DNA of 57,377 nucleotides, counting the filler, from Catajapyx aquilonaris (Eukaryota), in the NCBI GenBank assembly GCA_000934665.2. It is 2 parts of 2 records of this genome, joined end to end, with 100 filler letters (N's around TTAATTAATTAA, not from the genome) between each part and the next. Parts side by side here need not be neighbours in the genome. Positions count along the whole stretch, not along the records: positions 28,667 to 57,377 come from KZ539244.1; 1 more part is not named here. One strand, written 5' to 3'. The notes below the pieces were generated by a model that was not told the origin of the DNA, did not search any database, and saw only the letters and a program-made list of their open reading frames with translations. The position numbers and the translations under genes are program-made. This document shows positions 32,979 to 45,312 of this stretch, one piece after another. The number at the start of each line of letters is the position of its first letter. Within the stretch, counting starts at the first letter, position 1.

Positions 32979-35900
32979 TGACGTCACGACCGCCCCCTCA
33001 TTTCCGAATGACGAATGAGGGATCGAATGACGTCGATAATAATAAGGAAATGAGAGAGGGGGTGATGTGCTCCCCATGTGGACGGATACTTTGGACCAGC
33101 TGATCAGAGGTCCACGTGGCTTTGTTTATTATCCTGCCGGCTTTACACTTCCACGTCATCTCCCCCCCTTTTCCTAACCCACCCACCCACTAAAACCCTC
33201 CCTCCCCTCCCCTCCCCTTTTCCTTCGCTTCCTCCCCAGACCTTGCTGCCGGTTTCCTGGGAAAGCTCATGCTGATGAAAATCCCTTGGACGCCACCAAA
33301 GAGAAGGAAGGACGCCCAGGATGCTGCTGATGGAACTTTCCCATTCTGTCCCCCCTCCTCCTCTGCCACTTTACACCTTTCTCCACCCCTTTCTCCCTTT
33401 TGCTACACCAACTCGTCCTCAATGGAATGCTTTGGGACAAGTGCATACTTTTTTTTTTTTTTTTGTTCTTCCTTCCTCGCCTGTCTTTTTTTCTTTTTCC
33501 GAAAAGGTGCCAACTATATGAAGGACAATGAGGGGAAGGGGAGATTGAACCGTTTGTTCTGCAAGGAGGGAACATCTCGGGAATGTGCTTGTTGTGTGTA
33601 CCTGCCATTCGGAATTCGCAAGGGAGATGGAGCAGTGGGGGCGGTTGATTCCTCCAACCGACATTGGGATTTTACAGTGCTTCAGGAATATCTATATAGT
33701 GCAATGTTATGCAGCTTGGGCCCACTATTCCATTGGGAGGGATTCAATAATTGTGTGACTGCACTTTTCAATGATACATTAATTTTTCGGCATTATCAGG
33801 GGGCTGTTGAACTGATTTTACAGGTTGGAATTTTTAATCGCCATTTTTTCCAATAGCGTTTGTTCACACATTGAGGACGTGACAGGGCGGATCGTGATAT
33901 TTGCGTGACATCTGTGCACACTCTAGGTCTAGGATAAGTATTTGGCCAAAGCTATACCAGAGTTCAATCTTTCATGGTGAGGTAGCATCTAATGGGGCTT
34001 CTCTAAACCAGGCCTGAGTATGTAAATGAAGTGCTTTTATAGCGTGAATTGCGACTTTCGATTAAGGGCTCGGAAAACCCCGAATACTCGTGTCGAAGGT
34101 AAGAATTGGGTAACTCCCGAATTACCCGAGATCTTTTTTCCTACAGCCTCACTTTCAATGTGGGAGACCTTAATGGCGCCACTGTTTTTCCGGAGATCAA
34201 GGATAGTTTTGATGCAAGGCGAGCGTATACATAAAGTCATCGAATGAAGCGATTTGGATTGAATGGGAAATGGGATTGATTTTGTAGACACGCGTGTAAT
34301 TTCCCCTCGACTCTAGGGGGTCTTGTGTATGAAAGGTCTCTCTCCTTCCCTCACAAGTGAACTATATTTGAAGGCGTCAGGGTTGAAGTTTGTACTTCGG
34401 AGTTGCAGATTGGTCCAGAATGGGACGCATTCAAAAGCCAAAGGCAAATACTGGGGTAGTCCAATTGCCTCCTTCCTTCGACGTCTTCCTCGTTATCGGA
34501 TCATGCGATCGTCCTGGACACGCTAACCCATATTTATCTCAAATTTCTCGAAACTTTTTGAATAGCCTACTTCAGACGGAAGGTATATCATTAGGGAAAA
34601 ACCGTTGCATTGACGTCAGACGCGTACCGATTACGGCTTCAATATTTGATACCCACGTAAAATGCATAGTAGTACTATAGTTCATTGTACCCTGCGGAGG
34701 TATATAGAGTGCAATATAAAAGGGGAGAGTGAACGAGAGCTGTGTAGTAAACAAACAGTGATTTATAAATAAATTTGTGCATAGTAATGGACCAGATAAG
34801 GTAACCAGAAATATCTGCATGGAGTGGCATTTAGAGCATGCTTGTCCCAGATATACTCCCAGCTGTAGATAAAAGCGCAGGAAATTCCTAACCTATCACA
34901 AGGCCGACCCGATTATCCATCGATTGCACCCCCAGACCGATACACAAATATTCTCATACATGAATGGAAGTTATCTCTTGCTCAATCTCGAGGACGTACA
35001 CACACATACGCGCCCGACACTGAGCAACACACAAAAAAAAAAGAAGGAAGGAGAAAAAGGCATTAATAGCGCCCTTGATGTCCCGACATTTTCTTCCAAG
35101 GTGAATGACATTGCAAAAGGGCGATGAAAAAAGGTTTATTGACCGTTTGGGAGCGCATTTGGAGGGCCGAGTCGATTGGCAGGTATCAAAGTCATCCCAT
35201 CCAATTTATGGCGAGTGTTTAGCCCTATGCTTGCTCGTCTTGCGAGAGTTATGCAGGTTTTTTACAGGCGGCCCTCAGCACCCTGTCGTTTCGGGCTCCG
35301 TTTATGGCGACGTTTGCCTGCGAATAATACCCGCTCCACACCGCACTTATTAGGTCAGTGTGGCAAAGAGGCTGCTGACCCATGTTGCCGGCATCCGAGC
35401 ACATGCTCCAGTTGAAAATGGCAAAGGCCGCCAGGTATTTAATTGGGAATTTCATGCCGCACAAAATATACACACACACGGATTTTTTTCTTTCTTGGTC
35501 GCACCGGATGTGACGTCGCAACCCGGAAGGCATTTCGCTGGCTCAGGTGACGTGCCCAGTTTGCCGTTGAAAATTTTCTCAGTGTGAGGTCGTTGTCGCA
35601 CTGCCTTCGAGGGCCGGATAAAAAGGAATCCGGGGAACATTAGCGGATCGTGTGTATTATTCTGTCCCATGCGAGGTCCCACTAAAGCCCCTCACACAAA
35701 TCTAAAATAATCCCAGCTCCTACTAACGAATATCAAGGGAATTGCCCCGAGGATTTCAAAAGCGCCCACCAGACTAACCTCTCCGTGAGAATGCGGGTTT
35801 TTAATTTTGGCACTTTGCTAAAATGGCTGAAAAAAAAATCCCACCCAATATTGAAATTCCGATTTTCCCTCGGCAACGTATTTTTTAAAAGGGTATAATT

Positions 35901-38900
35901 CTGGCTAGATATTCAGAATAGACTCCTAATACAACTAAGCTGCTTATGTTCTTGTTTTTTATTCTTTTTTTTCTGTGGCGTTGTATCATTTCGAAAACAA
36001 ATGTCGGAGCAAAGGCCCCTGTGATGCGAATAGGCCTTACAGTGCACGTTGAGGGATTAGGGAGCGTTGATATATTTGAATGCTAAACTGTTTACTTCAG
36101 CAATAGCTCACAGTAATGGCCAGATTATGAGCCGCTCGAGTTGGGTAATGTACGTCCTCTTTTGTAAGATCTTTTCTACAGTAACCACCTGATTTAAGCG
36201 CAGGCGTGACTCTTGAGTACATTCATCCTGACATTTCAAGCCTGCAACATGTTTCGCACTGTAAAAATATCGCCGGCATCAGAAGACCTGTAACTGGACC
36301 GTCTTGCAGAGCCTTAATGGCATGTTTACCAGAGAGTAAAGACACTGTGATTGATTATTTTGCGAGGTTTTTAGCGAAAAACCAGGCGCGTAGACTCTGC
36401 CGAGCTGTCAATCTGATGAAGTGAGTCACACCATGTGAGAATCGTCCTCGTGGTTGTTCCGGAAATAAACGGCCGTGTGACATAATAACCCCCCCGTACC
36501 CTTCCCCCCCTCCTTTTCAGCTGTCACCCCCCTTTCCCCCGCACCACACCCTCCCCTCCAGCCCCGTACAGACACACACACATTCACACACAACAGTGAA
36601 TGGTAGGAATCTTTTTCATTGGGTGCCGCCCAAGACATGTCTCAATCTGAGCAGTCGCGTGCCAGTGGGGGAACCCAACTTGTGCAAATGAAGGGTTATT
36701 GCCTTCAAAATCATGCAAGGTCATACGCATGGTTTTTTTTTGTGTGTTTTGTTTGTGGGTTATCAATGGAGCATAAACGCACGCCTGCTGACTGTTTGAT
36801 GTTTGGGTCCGATTCATACTAGTTACTCTTTGAAGTAGTTGTGCCACATGCCGGCTGGTTCCACATGGGCATGAAGATGAGGCTTGGAATTCCAGACAGC
36901 TAGGCAGATGATTCATTCCAGCTCGTACAGTGTTTGGAAATTCTATTTCCCAATTACTTGTATCACTGTGTGTGCACAAGGATTTGCATAACACTTGGCG
37001 AAATAGAACATTCTAGGGGTGGTAGATATAAGCATTGCAATCGGAGGTCGTGATACTTGACTCCAGAGTCAGCTGATATGCTGCTATGTATCGAAAGTGA
37101 AAATGAAAAGCGAAATGTTTTATTGAAAACTACTTTTGATATAATCTGATCAGCTTATAGTTTCCTCCCTTGTATTCTGACCTGGTTGTGATGCATTTTG
37201 CATACCGGGGACGCATGGCTCTAAATGGACTTTGGTTACACCCCGTACACAGGATGAAACGAGCTTGCATTCACTGTATATGAAGGGTTCAGCTGGAGGA
37301 AAACCGGGGCCCTCATAATTACTGCCCCGAAATATTTACCCTCATCAGAGGCACAAAGCATTCCTGCATTATGAAGACGAGAATGAAGCCTTTTTTATTT
37401 TCAAACCCAGGGCTTGATCATAAGAGTATAACTCCTTTACATGTCACTCGCTTGGCCCATGCGTGCGGTGTATGCACAGTCTGCACGCTGACCACGAAAG
37501 TGCAAAATGCAATTAAGCTTTTGCTCACACATGAATTCCTGGATAAAATGGAAGCCACTCTGGCCACCCCCTCACTTGCTGCGAGTGAAAACATGTTTTC
37601 GTTTTGTGCAGCCTGAATTATCAATGCGGGAATGTTTGGAAAAGGGGGCCACTGTCATTGCCGGCCAATTTTTGCACGTTGTGTATACTGTTGTTGCCAA
37701 AAAAAAAAAAAGTGAATGTGCCACTCTGTATCGTAGTCCGGGATTAGGGAGGACTAACCAAGAGCACCGGGCACCACTCGTATTTCACTATGGCAACATC
37801 GCAGGTGCCAATCGGAAAAATGGGACACCTTATAAAATAATACGACGTGGGGCCAATGCAATGCACTACAGGGTGACTCGAAAGTCTGGATACAGGTAAT
37901 TGGATTGCATTGTTGGTTGCTAGTTGTGCCAACTCATCCTTTACTGAGAGTCAACAATCTGCTAGTTGGCACAACTGAAACCAACAATCCAATCCAATTA
38001 CCTATGTAGCCAGACTTTAGAGTCACCCTGTATAATTAAAGCAGCTGGATTTGTTTTTTTACCAGAGTGACGTCAGAGTTAGACAATCTGGTAGTCCTGG
38101 GTTAGCGATTTAAACCAATTCCGGATTTCTGATTGATTATTTTGAATTAGACTCAATTAGTGATTTTGAACATGGCTCTTCTGTAACCTGTCCATGTACT
38201 TGATGTCTTATGCGCACCAGACGTACACCACGTGTCTGAGTGTGCAGACACTGATTATCTCCCTACTCAAAAGTCGTGGCCTGTCTATCAGCCAGACGGT
38301 TTATCTGACGTCACTAAAGTGGGGGTTTTTTTTTGAGGAGAGGAACATTTGGGCGCCCACTGAAATCGGCGTCGTCGTCGTCGCCGTCATTACCCCTCCC
38401 CCTATACCTCCTCCACCCCCCCCCCCCACTTCACCACTGCCTGACTCACGGCAGCCAAGCCGCGGTTCCTACCCCCCCTGCCCTCTCCCCCTTTTCCAAC
38501 TCCCCCCCCCTCCCACCATTCCCCCGGCTCTCTCCATCCAGTAGAGGATCAATACAGCCCAGGCAGGCAACCGGTCCCGTTCTAGGAAACCCGGCAGGCA
38601 AACTTGCATACCCTGAAAAGGGAGACCCCGCATCTAAGGGGGGGTTGGCGAAAAAGGTAAATCCCCTGACAAGGGGGGGTGCCAGCATCCCCCCTCCATC
38701 TCGTCGGTCCGGACCGTCTTAATAAAATAGGCCTTTTCTGTCTACGCCTTAGTATTTTTTTTATGTCTATAATGGAGGGGGGGTGGGGAGTATATGGGGA
38801 GAGGGTGGCGGTAAGGAAACATGGCCCGCTGAATATTTCAGAGTGTTGGGTGGGCAAAAGCGACTGCGCCACAGTTCGATTTTGTGCCGTTGGCCGGCGG

Positions 38901-39437
38901 TTGGGATGGGGAAGCGGGGAGGTAGAGGGGTGGGTGGGAGGCGGAGGAAAGATATAAAAAATTGGGGAGGGGGAGGGAAGGGGAGGGGGTAGTGGTGTCA
39001 ATATCAGAAAGTGCATACATTGTTAGCATTGTCACCGACGATTTATGACGCGGGAATCACTGGCTGTTTCTTGCAGATGGCATGTGCGCCAATGGTAACA
39101 ATATATAGGAGGCCATTGACATGCCACTGAGGAAACCGGACCCGGTTGCTAAGTGCAGCATTACCAACCGAGAGACAAGCAAATCACCTGATTACATGTC
39201 AATATGGAGGAACCGGCCTGTAACCAGCCTAATTCATCAGTGTTGACATGCAGATTGGTTGGCAATACTGTGCCTAGCAACCAAATAATGGGCCTGGTAT
39301 ATAGGCACCGGGTCTACAGTAAGCACCGTGAAAATGAAGAACGGAATTTAAGCAATGCAATTAGCTGTTGCGGGACGTTACGATTTGCCCCATTTTGTAA
39401 AAAAAAAAAATGCGTACGTTTAAAAGATGTGACGTCA
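32979..39437. promoter_or_regulatory. Cluster of five perfect CRE/ATF palindromes (TGACGTCA)
   Basis: Sites at 32979, 34611, 38068, 38306 and 39430; near-matches TGACGTCG at ~33028 and 35511. Function is inferred only. Confidence 0.5.
37869..38030. mobile_element. 162-bp Tc1/mariner-type MITE
   Basis: TA|CAGGGTGACTCGAAAGTCTGG...CCAGACTTTAGAGTCACCCTG|TA; arms of ~65 bp, TA target duplication. Confidence 0.9.
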
Positions 39438-41362
39438 TCAGCAGGTGCGAAAGTTGGGCAGGACTCTTTTTAAATGATATCCGCATAAGGGCGCGAAATT
39501 GAAATCAATCTGGTTGCAAGTTAATGATCTCATGTATGAGACATTGGTGTTTACCACGCTATATAGTCACGGGTGGGTCGCGACTAATAAACCAGTCGAT
39601 AAGGCATGCACATCAAGCCTTAACTTCCACATAATCGGATTTTAACTTCGATGATCCTCATATGTCATGCTTCAAGTGTAGGACACCACCTGTCGATGAC
39701 GTGACCTGCAGGCGGAGAACGTTCCCCCGCCTCTCAATGGATCATTTTGGCCAATTTGGCAATTAAAACTTTGTTTTATAAAATCCCTTAATTGCACGCG
39801 ACATTTAGGCGGATTTGCGGCTTCCACCCACCAAACCATCCCCACCCCTCGCACATCCTCTCGCCTCCCGAAATTTGTTTCATTGCTATGCGTCCCGTAA
39901 TCGTTTCCGATTAGGGCTGTATTTAAACAACATGCCAAAACAGTTGCGAATGGAACGAAAATAGTGTGATTGGTCGAGTCATGCAAAAATATCCGCAGGG
40001 AAATGGCTCAAAAGCGGAGAAATGAATTTTGCACGATATTGGTTCACCCCTGCGTGCCTATTAGCGCGAATTATGTCGACACACTACGCGAATATGGAAA
40101 AATCCGGGGCAGAGAGGGTGGGGGGGGAGGCCAAGAGCAGAAAGTTAGCGCTATTTTTCAGAGTTTTGGGCCCAAGGTTGGAATCCAGAACTTCTTTTTT
40201 GCATAAAAAACCACGGATGGTTTATCCTGGAGCTAGTGAATACATTTTTTTTTTTTTGCGGAAAGCATATCACGCGAAACGTTTCAGAAATTTTCAAGCG
40301 AATTGTTTTTCTTATGTCCGCTCACTTGACAAAATTGACATGCATAGAGGGAATTGGATATCGAGGAATGAGATGCGTGCATGATTCGACCCATCATCAA
40401 TACAGACGGATATGAAGTGTATTTAGCAAATGCAGAATTTACAAGGGACGATTGTTTTTTTTGGGGGGGAGGGATTTGAATTCTCGCATTGCTTTGTCGC
40501 AGTGATGGAATTTTTTCATAAATCGGCGATATAAATATTATTGTGCGAAAATCAGGCCTTTGCAAAACATGCGCAGCGCGGATTCGTCAAACAAGGGGAT
40601 TACCACTAGATAATTTTTGTAGATTAGAATTCGCACGGGATAAAAGGATCAACGCTCCCTTTTAAAAATGCCCTGTAACGCGCACTAACGGCCGAATTTT
40701 TTTGTGCAAATTTAGACACCCACTCGGCATAAATATGAAGCATTGTTGCGTAATTTGCTGTATTACAGTAGTGAAATTTTTCACAATTTTTGCGCAATTT
40801 GCAAATATTGCTTAAAAATTGATATTTGTGAATGCCACGTATTATATAGCGTTATGTACTGAGACTATTGTGACCGCTTGTGTCATCTGATCCATTTTCG
40901 TGGAGAAATGTCAATTTTTGCCAAATTTGCTGTCTGCGACGTTAACAAAGAAACAGTTTGTTGTGTGTGAATCTGTTCAGTTCCACACACTCGCAGTAAA
41001 ACTCGTTATAATTTTTTTTTGCGTCGAATTGAGTGCTAAAAATAGACCATACATTGCAAAATTCAGCACATCACGCACGCTTAATGCGATGCACTGTAAA
41101 TTTTTTTGGGGTGAAATTCACAAAAAAATGGTGGGACGAGCCGGCTAGAAGGAACTCGTCCCATCCCACAGTAAACGTGATAAACATGAATTAAAAGCGA
41201 CAAATAATTTTTCGCAAAAATGTTGGATTTGTCTATAAAAAAATCCGCGCGGTTTTCCTATATATTGTCTCCAGAGACGGCAAAAAAGCAATGGATATTT
41301 TTGCGGGGGAGAGCATTGTGTAGCAGTGGGGCTCTGCAGAGCAGCCGCCATGCAGGCAGAAG

Positions 41363-41660
41363 CGAGAGAGGGGGGGAGAGCCCAGGGAGAGAGGGGTTGG
41401 AAGCGGGGTTGGTGGGAGAGAGAGAGAGAGGGAGAGAGAGAGCCGAGCGAGCGAGCGAGCTTATCGAGCGGCCCTGCCTGGGTCGATGTTTTTATTCCAT
41501 GGCGAACTATTCTGGTCTGAAGGCTGACGAGGAGCCCCGGCGAGATAGCGCCGCGCTGCCGAGCCCATTTCCAAGCCCTGTACCCTCCACCCTCTCTCTC
41601 TCCACTCCCTCGGACCCAACAAGCAAAGCCCCTGCATGGAGAGAGAGAGGGAGAGAGAGA
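41363..41660. repeat. GA-rich / (GA)n low-complexity tracts
   Basis: GAGAGAGAGAGAGGGAGAGAGAG at ~41417-41442 and ~41638-41660, with CTCTCTCTCTC between them. Confidence 0.7.
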
Positions 41661-44600
41661 GGGAACCATCCCCCTCTTGCTACCTCCCATCCCCGCTTGC
41701 ATGGTTGGGCTTTGGAGGGAAAAAGAGGGGGTCCCCTTCCGAAGGACAGAGTCCCTCAGGCTCATCCGACAGTTTCTCCTTCACGCTTTCGGTAGGGCAT
41801 ATGTGTGTGTGTGTGTGGGAGAGAGCACAGCTCGCTTGCTCTCTCCGGCGCGTGTTCATAGCCGTATATGACTAGTGCAGAGTATAGAGACAGGGAAAAT
41901 GGGAGGGTTGGAGCGGGGGACCAGCCTTGGCGGAGTTCGAGTGATAGTTGGGATAAAAAGTTGGTTGTGGATTTCAGATTTAACTGGAGGCTGCAAAGGT
42001 GACATTTGTGAAGGATAGGGAGTCCCTGGTTCGTTTCCAGGTGGAGGCTAGGGTGGATTGTATTGTTTTGGCGGTGTTGTCACTTGGTGCAAATGAATAA
42101 AAAGTGTTCCCAGACTGGCGAACTTACCAGAAAATGTGTTTTTTGCCCAGACCCATCCAGACAGCGTTTAAACCAGAATAATGTGGTGCAACTGAAGAAG
42201 ATAATTGCAAAGGATCACTTTTGAGTAAATTAGAAAACACGTGACTCTGAAATACTGAAAAATAAGAAATAATAATTTTTACCTGCGACATTATGTACTC
42301 ACTGGATCATTTGACCTGTGCCATGCAAAAGTAATGGAATAATTGCCCTTTAACTGCGAATGAACTCGCAAAGCAGGCCTGTATGATCATTTAAACTTAT
42401 GGGCACTAATAATTGATATTGAAATTTGCCGACCCTTCAGGCTGATGGCACTAAATCTGTGTGCCTTTTTTATTTTTACAACTCTCCGTGTTACAGTTAT
42501 ACAGTACCTCTTTGCTGTCGGTTACTAACCTTTGTACCTGCCATTAGTTTGGTAAAATTATATGAAACTCCTGGAAGCGCTAACAGGAACAAGAACTTAT
42601 GAATGCAAGGCGCCATACTGAATGAATAGGTAATTAATTCTCGAATTTTTGTGCTGAATACAGTGCATGTTTTAAAGAGCACTACATGCAGTATTAATGA
42701 AGAACTGTACGTAATCGCGATTTGCAAAAATTATAAGCAGCAGCTAAAATATAGTCCCTTCAAAATCAACATGGTTCATGTTTTATGTGCAAAGAGCTGC
42801 CCCGCGGCCTGGTTGCTTTGCATATAATTCGCACATTTTCGTAGTGTGTACGAAGTTTTGTAATTTTGTGTTAATATTTGCTAATCAAATTAGTGGTGAA
42901 CATAAAATATGAAATGCATGCATTATGGTTGCTAAGCGTTCCCCCAATGGACAGGTGCGTTTATGTATAGGTGTTGCACGTGAAATAGCCACTGATGAAA
43001 TGTTAACGTAACCTATAATCCAGCCCGTGCCTTGTGACAGTCCTGACCAACTGCCTCATATTTATCCCACCCCAAACGGGATAATTGCGGCAAAGACTAG
43101 TAGTCATTGTCATGTCGTACACGTAATAATTTTCGAATTACCTCGTATAAAGATATCGCTTCGACAGTAATAATATTGGTTACGGATGTATGGTAATTTT
43201 TGAATTGTATCAAGACTATAGGCAAAATGATATTGCCTCATCTGCAACAAATATGTGAACCTAATTATTTTATTATAGCCCATAAGGGAGGCAAGTTATT
43301 ACATTTATTGGTTCTGAAGGAATGCAATAGGTGGCACCATCCATCTCTTCTGTTGAATCAAGTCAACGTCGCAGTAGTCATTGTACAGCAATAGGACTAA
43401 ATCGGGAGCCTAATTGTGATTATTGACATTGGCTGAATAATTCAGAGGCCCTCCAGATTAAATGCGTGTGTTTTGCCATGGTTGTAGACAAGCAGTACTA
43501 CCTACCTTTTTACCTTTCTCAATTACCCCTCTCTTTTTTTTTGAGATCCCCAGGGAATTATAGTCTCAACCGCCTCCTGCTGAAACATTGATGCCGAGGC
43601 ATTATGACTTGCATTTTTTACTAATCAAGTGGTCGTACACGTCAATTTGGGTGGTGGTTTGGCGGATGAATGAATTTTTGTGTGCCGGGCATTTTTGCCT
43701 GTAGTTCAATGAATGCTCCGGCTTTTTTTTTCCCACTCTCTTTTTGCCGTTCGATCGAGGGCGGAAACCTACCGAAGATTGCTTGCAAAAAATAATTTTC
43801 GAGGTAACATTACACCCGTAGGCAATACTTTATTAAGTGAGCTGGAGTTTTTGTAATTACTTAATTAAATGCACAGTACATTGGAGGGTTTTTAATTTAA
43901 ATTTAGCGCTTCTTTAGCGCTATTTCCTCCACTTGGAGTTGGATTTTTTTCCCAATTTTGTAGCAGTTTGCTCTTCACCAGCTAAACCCGTATCACTGTG
44001 CTTATAAAAATATATGGCTGTTTGGTTGTTGAACATGGGCAACCAGAAGACCGGCGTGAGATAATGCAGCGACAGTGCCTATACATTCGGAAAGGATGCA
44101 TTGTGTTGTCGAAGGGTATGTTCTGTCTGCTGCACCGAGATTGGAAAAGTGTTTGGCGTGTTTCCTGATATATTGCTCTAGCTGTGTGACTCGCATTGCT
44201 GTGTTGTAAAAAGGGGGTGAGATGAGGTGGAAAATATACGATTATTCTGGGGAATGATCAGCGTTGGTCGAAATTTTGTGCATTTTTCCTTCTTCTTGAC
44301 TTTCTCACGAATTTATGAAATTTGTCTTAGAAATTCGTAAGTAACCTAAATCCGCGAAGACCTTTTGACGCACCCTGTGAAAGATCGACCGGAAATGAAA
44401 ATCTAATTGTTATTCCCATCACCAAAAAGGAAACATGTATGTGTACCTGTTAGAAAGAGATAACTGGGGAACTAGGCGGGGGACAATTTAAGCATCCATT
44501 ACGGAAGGTTTTATGGTGACTTAAATCGTTACTCTCTTTTTTTCCGCCTCTTTTGACTCTCCATCCAATTGAGATGGGGGGTTGGGGATGTTGGGGGGGA

Positions 44601-45239
44601 ACGATCTCGAGGAGAAAGAAGCTGCGAGACAGACTGAAAAAGAGAAGAAGAAAAAAAAAGTGTTATTGGACGGCTAGATGGCGTCTGTGCTTCTAATGTG
44701 AAGCCAGAGATTCTTGTGTTCCTGGCCCCCCCTCCCCCATCAGGCCCCCCCACCCCCTGCCAAGTCGAGTTCCACGTGAGTAGAATGAACCGGAGTAAGG
44801 GGAGGGGTGTGAGACTGATCCTTGACCTTGCTTATTCCACATGCCAAAGGAGTGCGTCATGCACGGGACTTCCCTTCACCTGATTATGTAAGGGCCCAAC
44901 ACGGTGTCATGCCCATACCCCCCCTCTCCCCCTCACCCCCTGCAGCCGGTATTGTTTGTTGACTTTTATCAGGTGGGAGGTTCCAACATGCGCTTTCTAA
45001 TAATAACAGGNTAGATGAAAGAGCCGGGGTTGTCCGGATGCAAGGTGAAATTGTTCCGGGGGAGGTTACAACAACAACAAGGAAAAAAAAAACGGCAATT
45101 CAAAGGCCCTTATTTTCCTCTTCGCATGACTTACAATAAAAAAGTGGGATTCTGCGTTGATTGGAATTCCAAAGGCATCGCCCAGAGTCGGAGAGAGGTG
45201 TGGTGGGGCTGGAGGGTGGGGGGGGGGGGGGCATCGGGA

Positions 45240-45312
45240 NNNNNNNNNNNNNNNNNNNNNNNNNNNNNNNNNNNNNNNNNNNNNNNNNNNNNNNNNNNNN
45301 NNNNNNNNNNNN
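45240..45312. other. Assembly gap flanked by poly-G
   Basis: N run; both sides carry (G)n-CATCGGGA, suggesting an unmerged overlap. Confidence 0.9.

Noticed and set aside
33269..33856. 195-aa ORF
   Set aside because: Low-complexity, crosses poly-T tracts, no recognisable domain or splice support.
41145..41795. Overlapping 191-aa and 206-aa ORFs on opposite strands
   Set aside because: Arise from GA/CT-rich low-complexity, stop-poor sequence.
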